From Auanema rhodensis (lineage: Eukaryota; Animalia; Nematoda), in the NCBI GenBank assembly GCA_964057225.1, contig OZ059896.1:13392001-13456000 (forward strand): a stretch of DNA of 64,000 nucleotides. Direction: 5' to 3'. How positions within the stretch are numbered: the stretch's first letter is position 1; each line of letters begins with the position of its first letter. Shown here in pieces: positions 41,557 to 52,089 of this stretch. The position numbers were made by a program, and so were the translations under genes. The notes beneath the pieces are model-generated. The model searched no databases. It had not been told where the DNA came from and saw only the letters and a program-made list of their open reading frames with translations.

Positions 41557-43916
41557 ATGGTAAATGCTTCTCGTGAAAGATTGAACACTGATGATACACC
41601 CATAATTTCCACAATTATCAGGGAAGAAACTGTAGAAACCTATTCAATACCTGGACAGTACTCATGTACGAGATTTAAATCTATTTATTCAAAAAAATCT
41701 TACTTTTAGCTATTTGTTCCTCTACCAACGATCTTGAATCAGGTATTCCTGCAGATACTGTGAACGAAAAAGGTGCTCCAAGCCCACCATCACCTGTCGG
41801 TTCAGAAAGTTGGCAGTGTTCGGTAAGCTAGTTCTGAAATTTTTCGTCACATAAGGCTATTACAGGGATCAGCTTCATTAATTTTGAGAGTGGAATCAAT
41901 GCTGCAAGATGGAGTATCGCTTCAAACTATTTTGAAAACTGTATGTCCCAGTGTGAGGGAACCTTCCGGTGGTTGGTCTGATGATATGGTGAATTTGAAC
42001 TTGAAGCAGGCATATGTTTTAATTTTTAGATTACATCTATTCTCTCCGAGTTGCTCGATCAGCCACCACGTAGAGATAAATTACCGCAGTACAACACTTT
42101 CGAGGATGCTATCGAATTGTTCAGGTTTTACATGTCTTTGAATATAAAATATAACTATAATTCAGATCGAAAAAACGTATATTAATTCTCACCGGTGCTG
42201 GAGTGTCTGTGTCATGTGGTATTCCTGACTTCAGAAGCAAAAACGGTTAGAGATGAGATTGACATAAAAATTGAAATTTTATTATATTTAAGGTATTTAT
42301 GCTAGATTGCATGTTGATTTCCCTGATTTGCCTGATCCAACAGCAATGTTTGATATCAGATATTTCCGTCACAATCCTGCACCATTTTATAATTTCGCCT
42401 CGGTATAGATTTTTTTGGTTCGCTTAAATAATACAATTTTAGGAAATATTCCCAGGACAATTTGAGCCATCTATTTCACACAGATTTATTTACGAATTGG
42501 AAAAATCAAACCAACTTCTAAGAAATTATACTCAAAATATTGATACTTTGGAAAATCAGACTGGTATAACTAGGCTAATTGAATGCCATGGTTTGTTAAA
42601 TTAAACTGTATTTATTAAAAAAATTATTTTGTAGGTTCTTTCAAAAATGCCACTTGCTTAGATTGTGGAGCTAAATTTGAGGGTGATAGCATTCGCGAGG
42701 ACGTTATGGCTAAGGTATAGTGATTATTTTCACTTTCTTGTTATTTTTAATTATTAGTGTATTGCTCATTGTCCTACATGTAAGGAAGGCGTTATAAAGC
42801 CAGATATTGTTTTCTTTGGTGAGGATTTAGCTCAAGAATTTCATCGGCAGATGTCAATTGATAAGGACAGTGTGGACTTGCTTGTTGTTGTTGGTAAAGT
42901 TGAACTTATATCTTAGTAATAACAATTTTGTTATCATAGGTTCTTCTTTAAAAGTTCGCCCTGTTTCTTTAATCCCATTCAGTGTAGCTCCAGATGTACC
43001 CCAAATATTAATTAACAGGTACTCCTTTTTTTATGAAGTTTTTAATCGAATGGGTTTTTAAGAGAATCTCTCCCAGGATATACAGCTGATATCGAGTTAT
43101 TGGGGGATTGTGACGAGATCATCAAAGACATTTGTATAGCATTGGGCGGACCCTTTAGTTCCATGATAGAAAGCTATTGTAAGATACTTCGTATAAGTTT
43201 TTTTCTTTAATATGCCATTTAGACCACAAAACTCTTAATATTTCGGAAAATCCAGATTCTATTTCTAACATGCCAACCCTGATTCGAAGATCTTGCTTGT
43301 CTCAGCAAGAATTTAATACTGTAAGCATTATTTTTCATTATATTTTGTACCTTTTTTGCAGTTAATGGAAAAAATGGATTCTGAAAGCAAAAAAAAGGTT
43401 GAAGAGCAAAACTGCGATGAAGATGGTCCTGTTGCTAAGAAACAAAGATTAGAAGATATGTATGAAAGACGATATATATCAGTTCCTGAGGTTCTTCCTG
43501 CTCAGTCATACTTCCAGGTTTTCATTTGTTGTTTATTTGATTAACATTGGTTTTTCAAGTTATCACCAAACAGAGCAGTATTCCCTGGTGCTGAAATTTT
43601 CTATGACTTGGAATTCAGAGTTATTTCTCGTCCATCCATGGTATATAGGAGTGATATTTCTGATGTAACTGATGATGATGAATCGGATGATGAGTACGAT
43701 CCATTTAATGGAGAAGGTAGAGGTGGCAGCGAGCCTCCAAGTATAGTGAGTTCGTTCGGGAAACTTTAATGTATTCATTATCATTTTTAGAATGATTTGG
43801 AGATTGCTCCATTAAGCCGTCCAACTTCTTGCGAGCCTATTATCGATGTTGAAACAACATTAACTTCTTTTGAATTCAGAAGAGCCTTAGAAGAGTTGAA
43901 TGAAGATTCTATTTAA
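41557..43916 (+). CDS. sir-2.1: SIRT1-class NAD-dependent deacetylase
   Basis: [76 protein letters not shown]. Confidence 0.97.
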
Positions 43917-44844
43917 AAGGTGTTCGAAACTGATCGAATTTTGAAGACTGGTGAAATCGCATTTATGGAGTGTTTTGGGTAAAAACTAAACATTCTATGA
44001 GACGATTGTATTATAATTCTAATCATTTGTAATTTTCCGCAACGCTTATAATTTTTTCGTCATATTATATTGTTCCTAGCTTGACAGATAATTTTCGACC
44101 AAAGAGTAAGAGGCTTTTCTGATCATATTTCATTATTTTTCAAAAATGTTTTCTCATTTTTTTTTCAAATGAGAATAATTTCAATCCATATATACATATA
44201 TATACATATATGTATGTATACAATGCTTATTGTATGTTGTATATCAATATTTATTCATGAACTCATTTTTTTTGTAATTATTCCCACCGCCGATCCTTTT
44301 GTTGCCCTGAAATCGGTTGTTCTCTATTTCGTTAATTGTAATCTAGGATCTGAATGTTGGTTTTCTCGTTTATTTTCTTCTGAGTATTTGAAAAAATTCA
44401 GTCAAACGAGTTATCCAGGTTTTGTTATTTTAATTTTTATTCGATTGTTTGAGATTATCTTTTACCAGGAATAATAAAAATGAAGAATGATCAAAGATTA
44501 ATTTTTTTGGTCACACTCATTTGGAGAACAGATGGAGATTAAAACAGTTGAACTGTAACTTTTAAATGAAAAAAAGCTATTACTAGTTTTGAGAAGAACG
44601 GAACTGATACATCATATGCTTCGTTAGAGTGTTTGAAAATATTTTGGAAAAAAAAGAACAAAATACAGAAATCATCTAAGAAAAACGATTTACAAGAAGA
44701 CACAGTTTATTATTACTAGAGTTAGAGAAACATAATAATGTAAGTAAGCAGTATATAAGGCTTTAGAAACGAAACTCTCGTCAGTCTTCTAGTTTTGCTT
44801 TTATAATCAGTGAAGTTCTTTCATTAACTTTTTAGTTTACAGTC

Positions 44845-46039
44845 ATGTCAACCAAAGCTTTGGTTGTCGGGGCATCTATTGCAAGTGCTGGAGCTATTGT
44901 CGTTAGCTTAGTCTGTGTTGCATATCTTTTCAATGATATCAACAACTTCTATGATGATGCCCTCTCTCAACTCGAGGAGTTCCAGGTAATCATTTATAAC
45001 TTTCAGAACAGTGTAAACGAATGGAATTTTTAGGGATTATCTACTGGAGCCTGGCAATCAATGACTGACGTTACTGTTCACAAGGCTGCTAAGAATCCAT
45101 TCTTAATCGGAAGAAACAAACGTCAAGCTCAATGTAACTGTGGGCAACAACCATCTAATTGTCCACCTGGACCACGAGGACCTCGTGGACATCCAGGAAG
45201 TCCAGGAGATGCCGGACATATGGGAACTCCAGGAACGCCAGGACATCCAGGACTTTCAATCTCAGTTCACGGAGGTCGCGACGGTTGTATCGAATGTCCT
45301 GTAGGACCACCAGGGCCACCAGGATTTGATGGACCAGCTGGACTTCCAGGACCAGACGGAGAAAGAGGATTCCCAGCTTCAAATGGAGCTCCAGGACTTC
45401 CAGGAGCACCAGGCCTTCCAGGAGATCAAGGAGCTCCAGGAAGACCAGGATCTGTTGGAGAACCAGGAATGCCTGGAAAGGACGGAGTTCGCGGACGTGG
45501 ACTTCCAGGACCAGTAGGACCAGTCGGGAACGTCGGTCTTCCAGGAGCTGATGGAGAACAAGGACGCACTGCTGGACCAGGAATTCCAGGACCAATGGGA
45601 GAGCAAGGACCAAACGGACTTCCAGGAGTTCCAGGAATCAGTGGAGTTCCTGGATTCCCAGGAGACGCCGGAGTTCCAGGAGCTGATGGTATGTTATTAA
45701 TATTCTTAAAAATACTGTATTCTTTGCTTAGCCGAATACTGCCCATGTCCACCTCGTGATGGTGTTACCAATGATTTGGGAATCAAGAGAGTTACCAACC
45801 GCGGACGTGTTGTAGGATACTCATTGAGAGCTGTAGGATTCTTCAGAATCTATCAATTAATTTTTGAAAAATTTCAGTCTGCTGTTGCTGCTCGTGGGCG
45901 CGCCGTCATTGCTCGCCGTCGTGTAAACAGACACCGTAATGCCCGTCTTGCTTCCTCTTCATATCACCAAGTAAATCATAGCTCCGGAAATACAAATGAT
46001 AGAAAGGTTGTCAGAAGAAGAGTCGTCGCTAACGCCTAA
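44845..46039 (+). CDS. Cuticle collagen with an Arg-rich C-terminal tail
   Basis: TATA gtatataagg ~44751; Col_cuticle_N segment; RNKR furin site; QCNC; Gly-X-Y blocks; AEYCPCPPR. Confidence 0.96.
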
Positions 46040-46778
46040 ATGTTTCCAATGAATTTGTTTCAAATAAATGATTTGAACTCATACTTTATAACAATTGATA
46101 GATAAGAATAAAAATGATTACCAAATTACTAAATTCATTCCGTTTTTTATTCAAAGAAATCGAAATGAATTGAACATGTGTGACCAGTTCGAAAAAAATT
46201 TTTTTTTATAATGAGATTACTATTTTCCAAAAAGAAATTAGAAGTTATATAGAAATCAGCGAACAAGTTGAAAAGTTTGTAAAAACTAGAAGAAACTAGA
46301 ATCGATTTATTGGCATTTGTTCTATTGCCTTAACTAAGAAATTGAAAATTGAATAACATGAAGAACTATTACCAAATGCTTTAAGAAAAAAAGAGAAAAT
46401 TAAAAAAATTGGCGTTTATTGAAGAATTTAAGAACCAGTATTAGTTAATCAATTATTGAAACTTTCCCGTTTAAAAGAATTTTCAACTTCAATAAACCTT
46501 GAAAGTTTTTATAAGAACTACTTCGAATTCTTGTTTATTCCGTTAACTTTTTGATGAATAAAATAAAATAAAAAGTCAATCAAAGAAAATGTGAAGAACG
46601 TCAGAAATCATCGGGAATTTAGAGGTATGGTCATGGCCTCGTGGACAATTATATAAGGCCCATCGACTTCCAACATTAGTTCACAGTTTGAAACTACTAG
46701 TAGAAACTGACATCTTTCTGGAAACTTTCTTTCCTATTCTTTGAAATTCAGTAGTTTGTTTTATTTTCTATTTCTAGA

Positions 46779-47841
46779 ATGTCTGCGAAATTTATCGCAG
46801 CTGCTGCTTCTGGCATCAGTGGAATATGCATGCTCACATGTTTAATCACGGCTGTCTATATATTCAGTGATATCAATAACTTCTATGAAGATGCCATGGC
46901 TGAACTTCGCGATTTCACCGAATTATCAAACGGTGCTTGGAATTCTATGACTGAAGTCACTGTTCCTGGAGCCAAAAATCCTTTCATGACTATTGGAAGA
47001 AACAAACGTCAAGCTCAATGTAACTGCGGACAACAGCCAAGTCATTGTCCACCAGGACCACGCGGACCTCCAGGAGCTCCAGGAGCACCAGGAGAATCAG
47101 GTATTTTCATTTTTTCAATATCAATAGGTGGTTGTTAACTTACAGGAATAATCGGAGAACCAGGCCGAGATGGACATTCTGGTGTTCAGAACTCGGTTTA
47201 TGGAGGAAGTGACGGATGCATCCAATGCCCAGCCGGGCCTCCAGGACCTCCAGGCCCAGATGGTACACAAGGGCTTCCAGGTCCAGATGGAGAAGCTGGA
47301 GAAATAGGCTACGGTAGATCTATCGGACAGCCAGGACCACCAGGACCACCTGGTGATCAGGGACCTGCAGGAACTCCCGGATCTGCTGGACATCCAGGAA
47401 ATCCAGGAAAATCTGGAACCAGTGGACGTGGACTTCCAGGACCAACAGGACCTCCAGGAGTAATGGGACCTGCAGGTTCTGATGGACAACCAGGGGGATC
47501 AGGCATTGGTGAACCAGGAGCACCCGGACCAGCTGGACAACCTGGGCATCCAGGAATGTCAGGAGAAGACGGTACTCCAGGAGCTCCAGGAAATCCAGGA
47601 ATGCCTGGATCAGATGCGGAGTATTGCCCTTGCCCACCTCACGGCAGCTACACTGGTACTGGTAGCATGTACAGACGACATGGATATTCTGGCCGAAAGG
47701 TGAGAGCTCATATTCTTGGAAAACTATTTTGATTTCATTTTCTAGGTCATGAATGTTCGTCGAGTTGTTGCTAGAAAAGTCGCCAGAACTAAAGCAGCAG
47801 CACGTCGAGTTGTCAGCCGTAGAGCTGTACACCGTGTTTAA
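46779..47841 (+). CDS. Cuticle collagen, tandem paralog of the previous gene
   Basis: TATA tatataagg ~46650; shares [15 protein letters not shown]; Gly-X-Y; DAEYCPCPP; Arg-rich tail. Confidence 0.96.
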
Positions 47842-47942
47842 GTGAAAGAGCAATAAACCATTTTCATGCAATATCTTATATTGAAAGAAAGAAATACAAA
47901 AGAAGTATAAATAATACACAAATTATAAATAAAACATAATAG

Positions 47943-48647
47943 TTAAGAACACGATCGATAATATAATGATGAAAAGGTGTTTGAATTATCCTGACGAGAA
48001 TAATCTAAAAGAGAAGGAATTGATAGAGCAGGATAAATCATTGGAGATGGGATTGGAAAAATATTTAAAGAATTTTGGAACGATACTGGAAATGTAATTG
48101 TATTCTCTTTTGAAGTCTTTGTATCCATATGATTATTGGATGAAGTTCTATAAATTGATAATATGAAATTTAAAAAAAGATTACATTGATTTACTTGATG
48201 TTGTTATCGGTTGTAATCTTTCGTCGATCCTTTGTTCGCCGATTTTGAAACCAAACTTTAACCTGAATAGTACATTTCTAGTATATATGAATACGTATTT
48301 AATCGAAACTCACTTGTGTGTCACTGAGTCCAAGTTCATGAGCGAGTTTAGCACGTGAGCTTCCGGTTAAATATCCATTTGTACTGAAATCAAACAGTAA
48401 AAGAATGTAAAGAAAGTAAAATGAAGAAACAAACCGAAAGGCTTCTTCTAACGCCGAAAGCTGGTCTTCAGTGAATGTTGTTCGTGGTCGTTTTGGTCGT
48501 AAGAGATCCAATTTAACAGGAAATTGTAATCTCCTTTCACTGCCATTAGCTTCTTTAACAAAAATAATATAATTAGATTTATTAAACAATTAATTTACCT
48601 TTAATAGTTAATATACGAATATACTCAGAAGATTCATTATCAGACAT
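47943..48647 (-). CDS. ceh-5: VAX-class homeobox protein
   Basis: YIRILTIKEANGSERRLQFPVKLDLLRPKRPRTTF resembles VAX [33 protein letters not shown]; helix 3 QVKVWFQNRRTK. The symbol is an inferred orthology. Confidence 0.82.
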
Positions 48648-49793
48648 ATTTACTGAAATATTTAAGTAAAGATAAATGGATTTGAGTTTTATTAGATGAT
48701 ACAAGATGGATGTTGGGGCGTACCATATAAGAGACATCATGGAAATCTATAAGTGAGGTTTACAATAGGAAGTCTATGAAAAGAATGACCATATGGAGCG
48801 TTAAAGTTGAAAGACTTTTAGTTTGATGGCCGTTTAAGTGGTAAAGGCTATAGTACATGAAACATAAGGTCATTTAACATAACCAATTATTATTAGAATT
48901 TCTCATGAAATTAAATGAAAAAAGGCAAATTTTTCCATAATTTTCAAATCAAATTACAAAAAAAATATGAAATATTTCATTATATGTAGAGCAATTTTTA
49001 TGAAAATCAGAGTAGTTGGTTGCTAGCAGATATGAGCAATGTAATTACCGTTACAGGATGTCTGTACGATTGACCCTTAATTCACACCTCTTTCCACCCC
49101 CCTCTTCCTCTTTGTTTTCTATCTCTATTCATTAAAGAAATTAAAATTAAATCTATACTATACTATTATAATTATATTTATATACCTATATATTATAATT
49201 ATAATTATATATTTTTTTTAAAGTTTTCTTTAAATGAATTTTATTCTCAGTCAAGACTCAAAGTTCTTGGTTCCGTAACATTTGTTTTTTTTTTGCAAAT
49301 TATGATACAAAAGATTCATACCAACAATCCTTTTTAGAGAAACATATTCGATGATTTACCAATGCAATACTAATTTATTATGATTCATCATATTTTTCCA
49401 TGAAATCATCTTATTACTATAAAAATTGAAATAAGAGAGACAAAAACTTTTTTTAACATTCATCTTATGACTAATAAACATTTGGAAATGTATATTGTAT
49501 TGTATAAGTATAAATAGAAAAAAAACATTTTTATGTATATGTATGTGTTTAAGTGTAATATTTCTCTTACATACACCAACAATTAGTGATTGATTTTCCT
49601 TTTTTTCTTTAATTATTCTTTTGTATGCTGTTGTAATGACCTTTTTCATGGCCTAACTGAAACTAGCTCTCACTACCAATTTTCTATAAATGGCTGTCTG
49701 AATAACTGTGACATGACAATGGTTTACTTCTCATTTTTCACTTACTTCTTTCTTATTTGATTGAATATTTTTTTTATTTTTTTCTTATTTAGA

Positions 49794-50314
49794 ATGAATG
49801 CTCTTATATGTTTTCTCACACTTTTATATGTTGTTGCTGCCTATGATCAGAATGTTACCATAAAAGGAACTGTCATCTGTGAAAAGCGAAGATATAAAAA
49901 TGTTACTATTGAGCTTTGGGAGAGAGATAGATGTAAGTTTGCACTTCTTACTTCTTCTACTTATTATCTTGATTTAGTTGACCCTAATGATCATTTGACA
50001 ACTGTTCACACTAACAGTGAAGGAGATTTCGTTGTATGTTTTCTACGTTAGGATATCAAAGAAATAATATTTTAGATTTCTGGAACCCATAACGAAGTCA
50101 CAGCCATCAAGCCATTTATTCGTATTATCCATCAGTGTAAAACCAAATCCAAGGTACTTTGAAGAATATTGAGTGAATTCAAAATATTCAATTATAGGAC
50201 TGCAAGAGAACAACAGAATATGAAGTACCCAAAGAACACATCAATGGAAAACCATATGATATGACATACATCAATTTAGATATTTATTCTGCTGTAGATT
50301 CAGAGAAATGCTAA
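49794..50314 (+). CDS. Transthyretin-related (ttr family) secreted protein
   Basis: Signal peptide; [55 protein letters not shown]; TATA at ~49686. Confidence 0.93.
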
Positions 50315-50539
50315 AAATGTACAAAAATATTAAAAAATAAAGATTTCTATGATTCAACTTTCGCCCATTCTCAATTTTCTCATTTTTAAGCCATTTTAAG
50401 GCTTATTTTCATTGATTTTGTGTCTCAACTCATTGAAAATGTGTCATTTCTAACAATTTTGAAAATGATCGAAAAGGTCGAAGTGCGCTAATAAATTTGA
50501 ATAAAAAATAAACTTAATTTACAAAAGACACAGATTTAA

Positions 50540-50677
50540 ACAGGCACAAACCCTCCGTTTGCTCTTAAAGTTGCGATGAGTTTGCGCCAGGAAGTAAGCA
50601 CACTGTTAGACGATATGTAGAAGAAAGGGATAACAGAGCGGTCAACTTCACCTTAGGCTTCCCAAACGTATTGGTAG
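50540..50677 (+). pseudogene. Ty3/gypsy LTR-retrotransposon reverse transcriptase N-terminal fragment
   Basis: KVAMSLRQEVSTLLDDM*KKGITERSTSP*AS(frameshift)NVLV matches gypsy pol R-x-EV...ML-x-x-GII-x-x-S-x-SPWASP-x-VLV; stops at 50618 and 50654. Confidence 0.75.
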
Positions 50678-50679
50678 CA

Positions 50680-51200
50680 TTTATACTTTTTACTCCTTTG
50701 AATATAGGACCTTTTTATGGATTAGTTTTCATATTCATTAAACCTTCTTTTGTATATTCTGATAAACCTTCTATTTGAAATATAGGTTGGAAATCATCAA
50801 ATGTTTTAAGATCTTTAATCTTTTTAGAAGTATATGCAGATATTTTCTTATTTTTCCCAGGTTTTATCATAATACTAGAAAACATTCTATCCATCTCTTC
50901 AATTCCACTTTTATTACTATGTTTTTCAACTTGTTTAACAGTAATTGATTTATACTGTTTCTCCCGTTCTTGTAGAAGTTCCATCCTGATTCTTGAAGTT
51001 CGAATATTTATTGGTTTCTTTTGCTACATGAGTCTTCTCTAGAGCAATGAAAAGTTGTTTCAAACTTTTTTATAAACATTATCTATTCTTGATGTAACTA
51101 TACCTTTAATAATTAAGTCTAAGGAATCAGCATTTTCTTCAATCAAGTTTTGTAGATCAGAAATTTTTGAAATTAAGTTATCCTTCCATTTCTTCATTTG
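50680..51200 (-). pseudogene. Intronless interrupted ORF of unknown identity, probably mobile-element derived
   Basis: Open stretches MKKWKDNLISKISDLQNLIEENADSLDLIIKGIVTSRIDNV and 50715-50984 are separated by stops/frameshifts; no introns, unlike host genes; lies between two TE fragments. Confidence 0.4.
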
Positions 51201-51203
51201 TAG

Positions 51204-51510
51204 GTGTGTATCTCAAGTTTAGAAGATTATAAAAGAATTTATATGGTTAATGATGTTCTACTGTTAGAAGCTGTTTTTGAAAACTTTAGGGAATTGACTC
51301 AACATGCCTATGGATTAGATCCTTGCTGGTATTTCACCAGTCCAGGTTTAGTTTGGGATAGTATGTTGAAAAAGACCAAAATAGAATTATAAGTGCTTCA
51401 TGATGTTGGAAAATATTTGATGATTGAAAAAGGAATTAGAGGTGGAATGGTTAATGCTGTCAAAAGATACTCTAAAGCTAATAAGAAACACACTCCTAAC
51501 TTCGATCCTC
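51204..51510 (+). pseudogene. Protein-primed family B DNA polymerase fragment (Maverick/Polinton/adintovirus type)
   Basis: LEDYKRIYMVNDVLLLEAVFENFR...YGLDPCWYFTSPGLVWDSMLKKTKIEL*VLHDVGKYLMIEKGIRGG...RYSKAN matches the pPolB ExoIII (YxxxD) to IRGG region; single in-frame TAA at 51390-51392. Confidence 0.9.
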
Positions 51511-52089
51511 TTTTTTTAAAAATGACAGGTTTTGGTGAGTTTGGGACATTTTTGTTTAAAAAATGGCATAAAAGAGGAGTAAATTGAAATAAATGGAAAT
51601 GGGCAAAACGTTGGTCTAGCGTCAACACTTTATATACTACTTTTGATAAACATTTCCCAGAATGTGTGTTATACATTCTAATACTTTGAATAGAAACCGT
51701 ATACACGTACGCAGCATATAAAAACTGATAAGTGAAAGATAGTTTTTAAGCCATATCACTAAAAAAAAGATTTTAATAAAATATGCTTTTGTATTTCACT
51801 CTCGTTTTGAAAAACCCAAAAACATCAACGAAACAAAAGTTCAGAACCGAATTTAACGGTTTTTATTATGACTAGATATTATCAGTGCGTTCTATAAATG
51901 TAAGTTCAAATTCCAAAATATTAAATATGGTTCGTATACTTTTAGCAATCTTGATTAAAGTATAGCATTCTTGATTAAAGTATTTCCCCTCGAAAACGAA
52001 AGATAAATTGAAGAAAAGCTCTATTTCAGAAGGCGATATAATTTCGTACAAGATCAACAATCAATAAAAAACAAAAGCGACAAAGTTGT

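Larger units (their letters stand above)
50355..51613. mobile_element. Composite transposon remnant bounded by degenerate inverted repeats (~50355-50449 and ~51520-51613)
   Basis: Left caactttcgcccatt..tcaatt..ttttaagccatttt..tgtctcaactca..tgtcattt aligns with the reverse complement of the right flank caacgttttgcccatt..tcaatt..ttttatgccatttt..tgtcccaaactca..tgtcattt. No TSD recognised. Confidence 0.55.

Noticed and set aside
44169-44474. 101-aa hydrophobic ORF, and similar ORFs at 15027, 12124, 49356 and 34243
   Set aside because: Low-complexity AT/TA-microsatellite or UTR sequence with no family motif or splice support.
45155-47919. Long antisense and alternate-frame ORFs over the collagen genes (also 61441-62471)
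   Set aside because: Shadow ORFs produced by repetitive GGA/CCA Gly-Pro codons.
50355-51613. Intact autonomous Maverick
   Set aside because: Only ~1.3 kb, with no integrase, ATPase or capsid genes and no recognisable 6-bp TSD.
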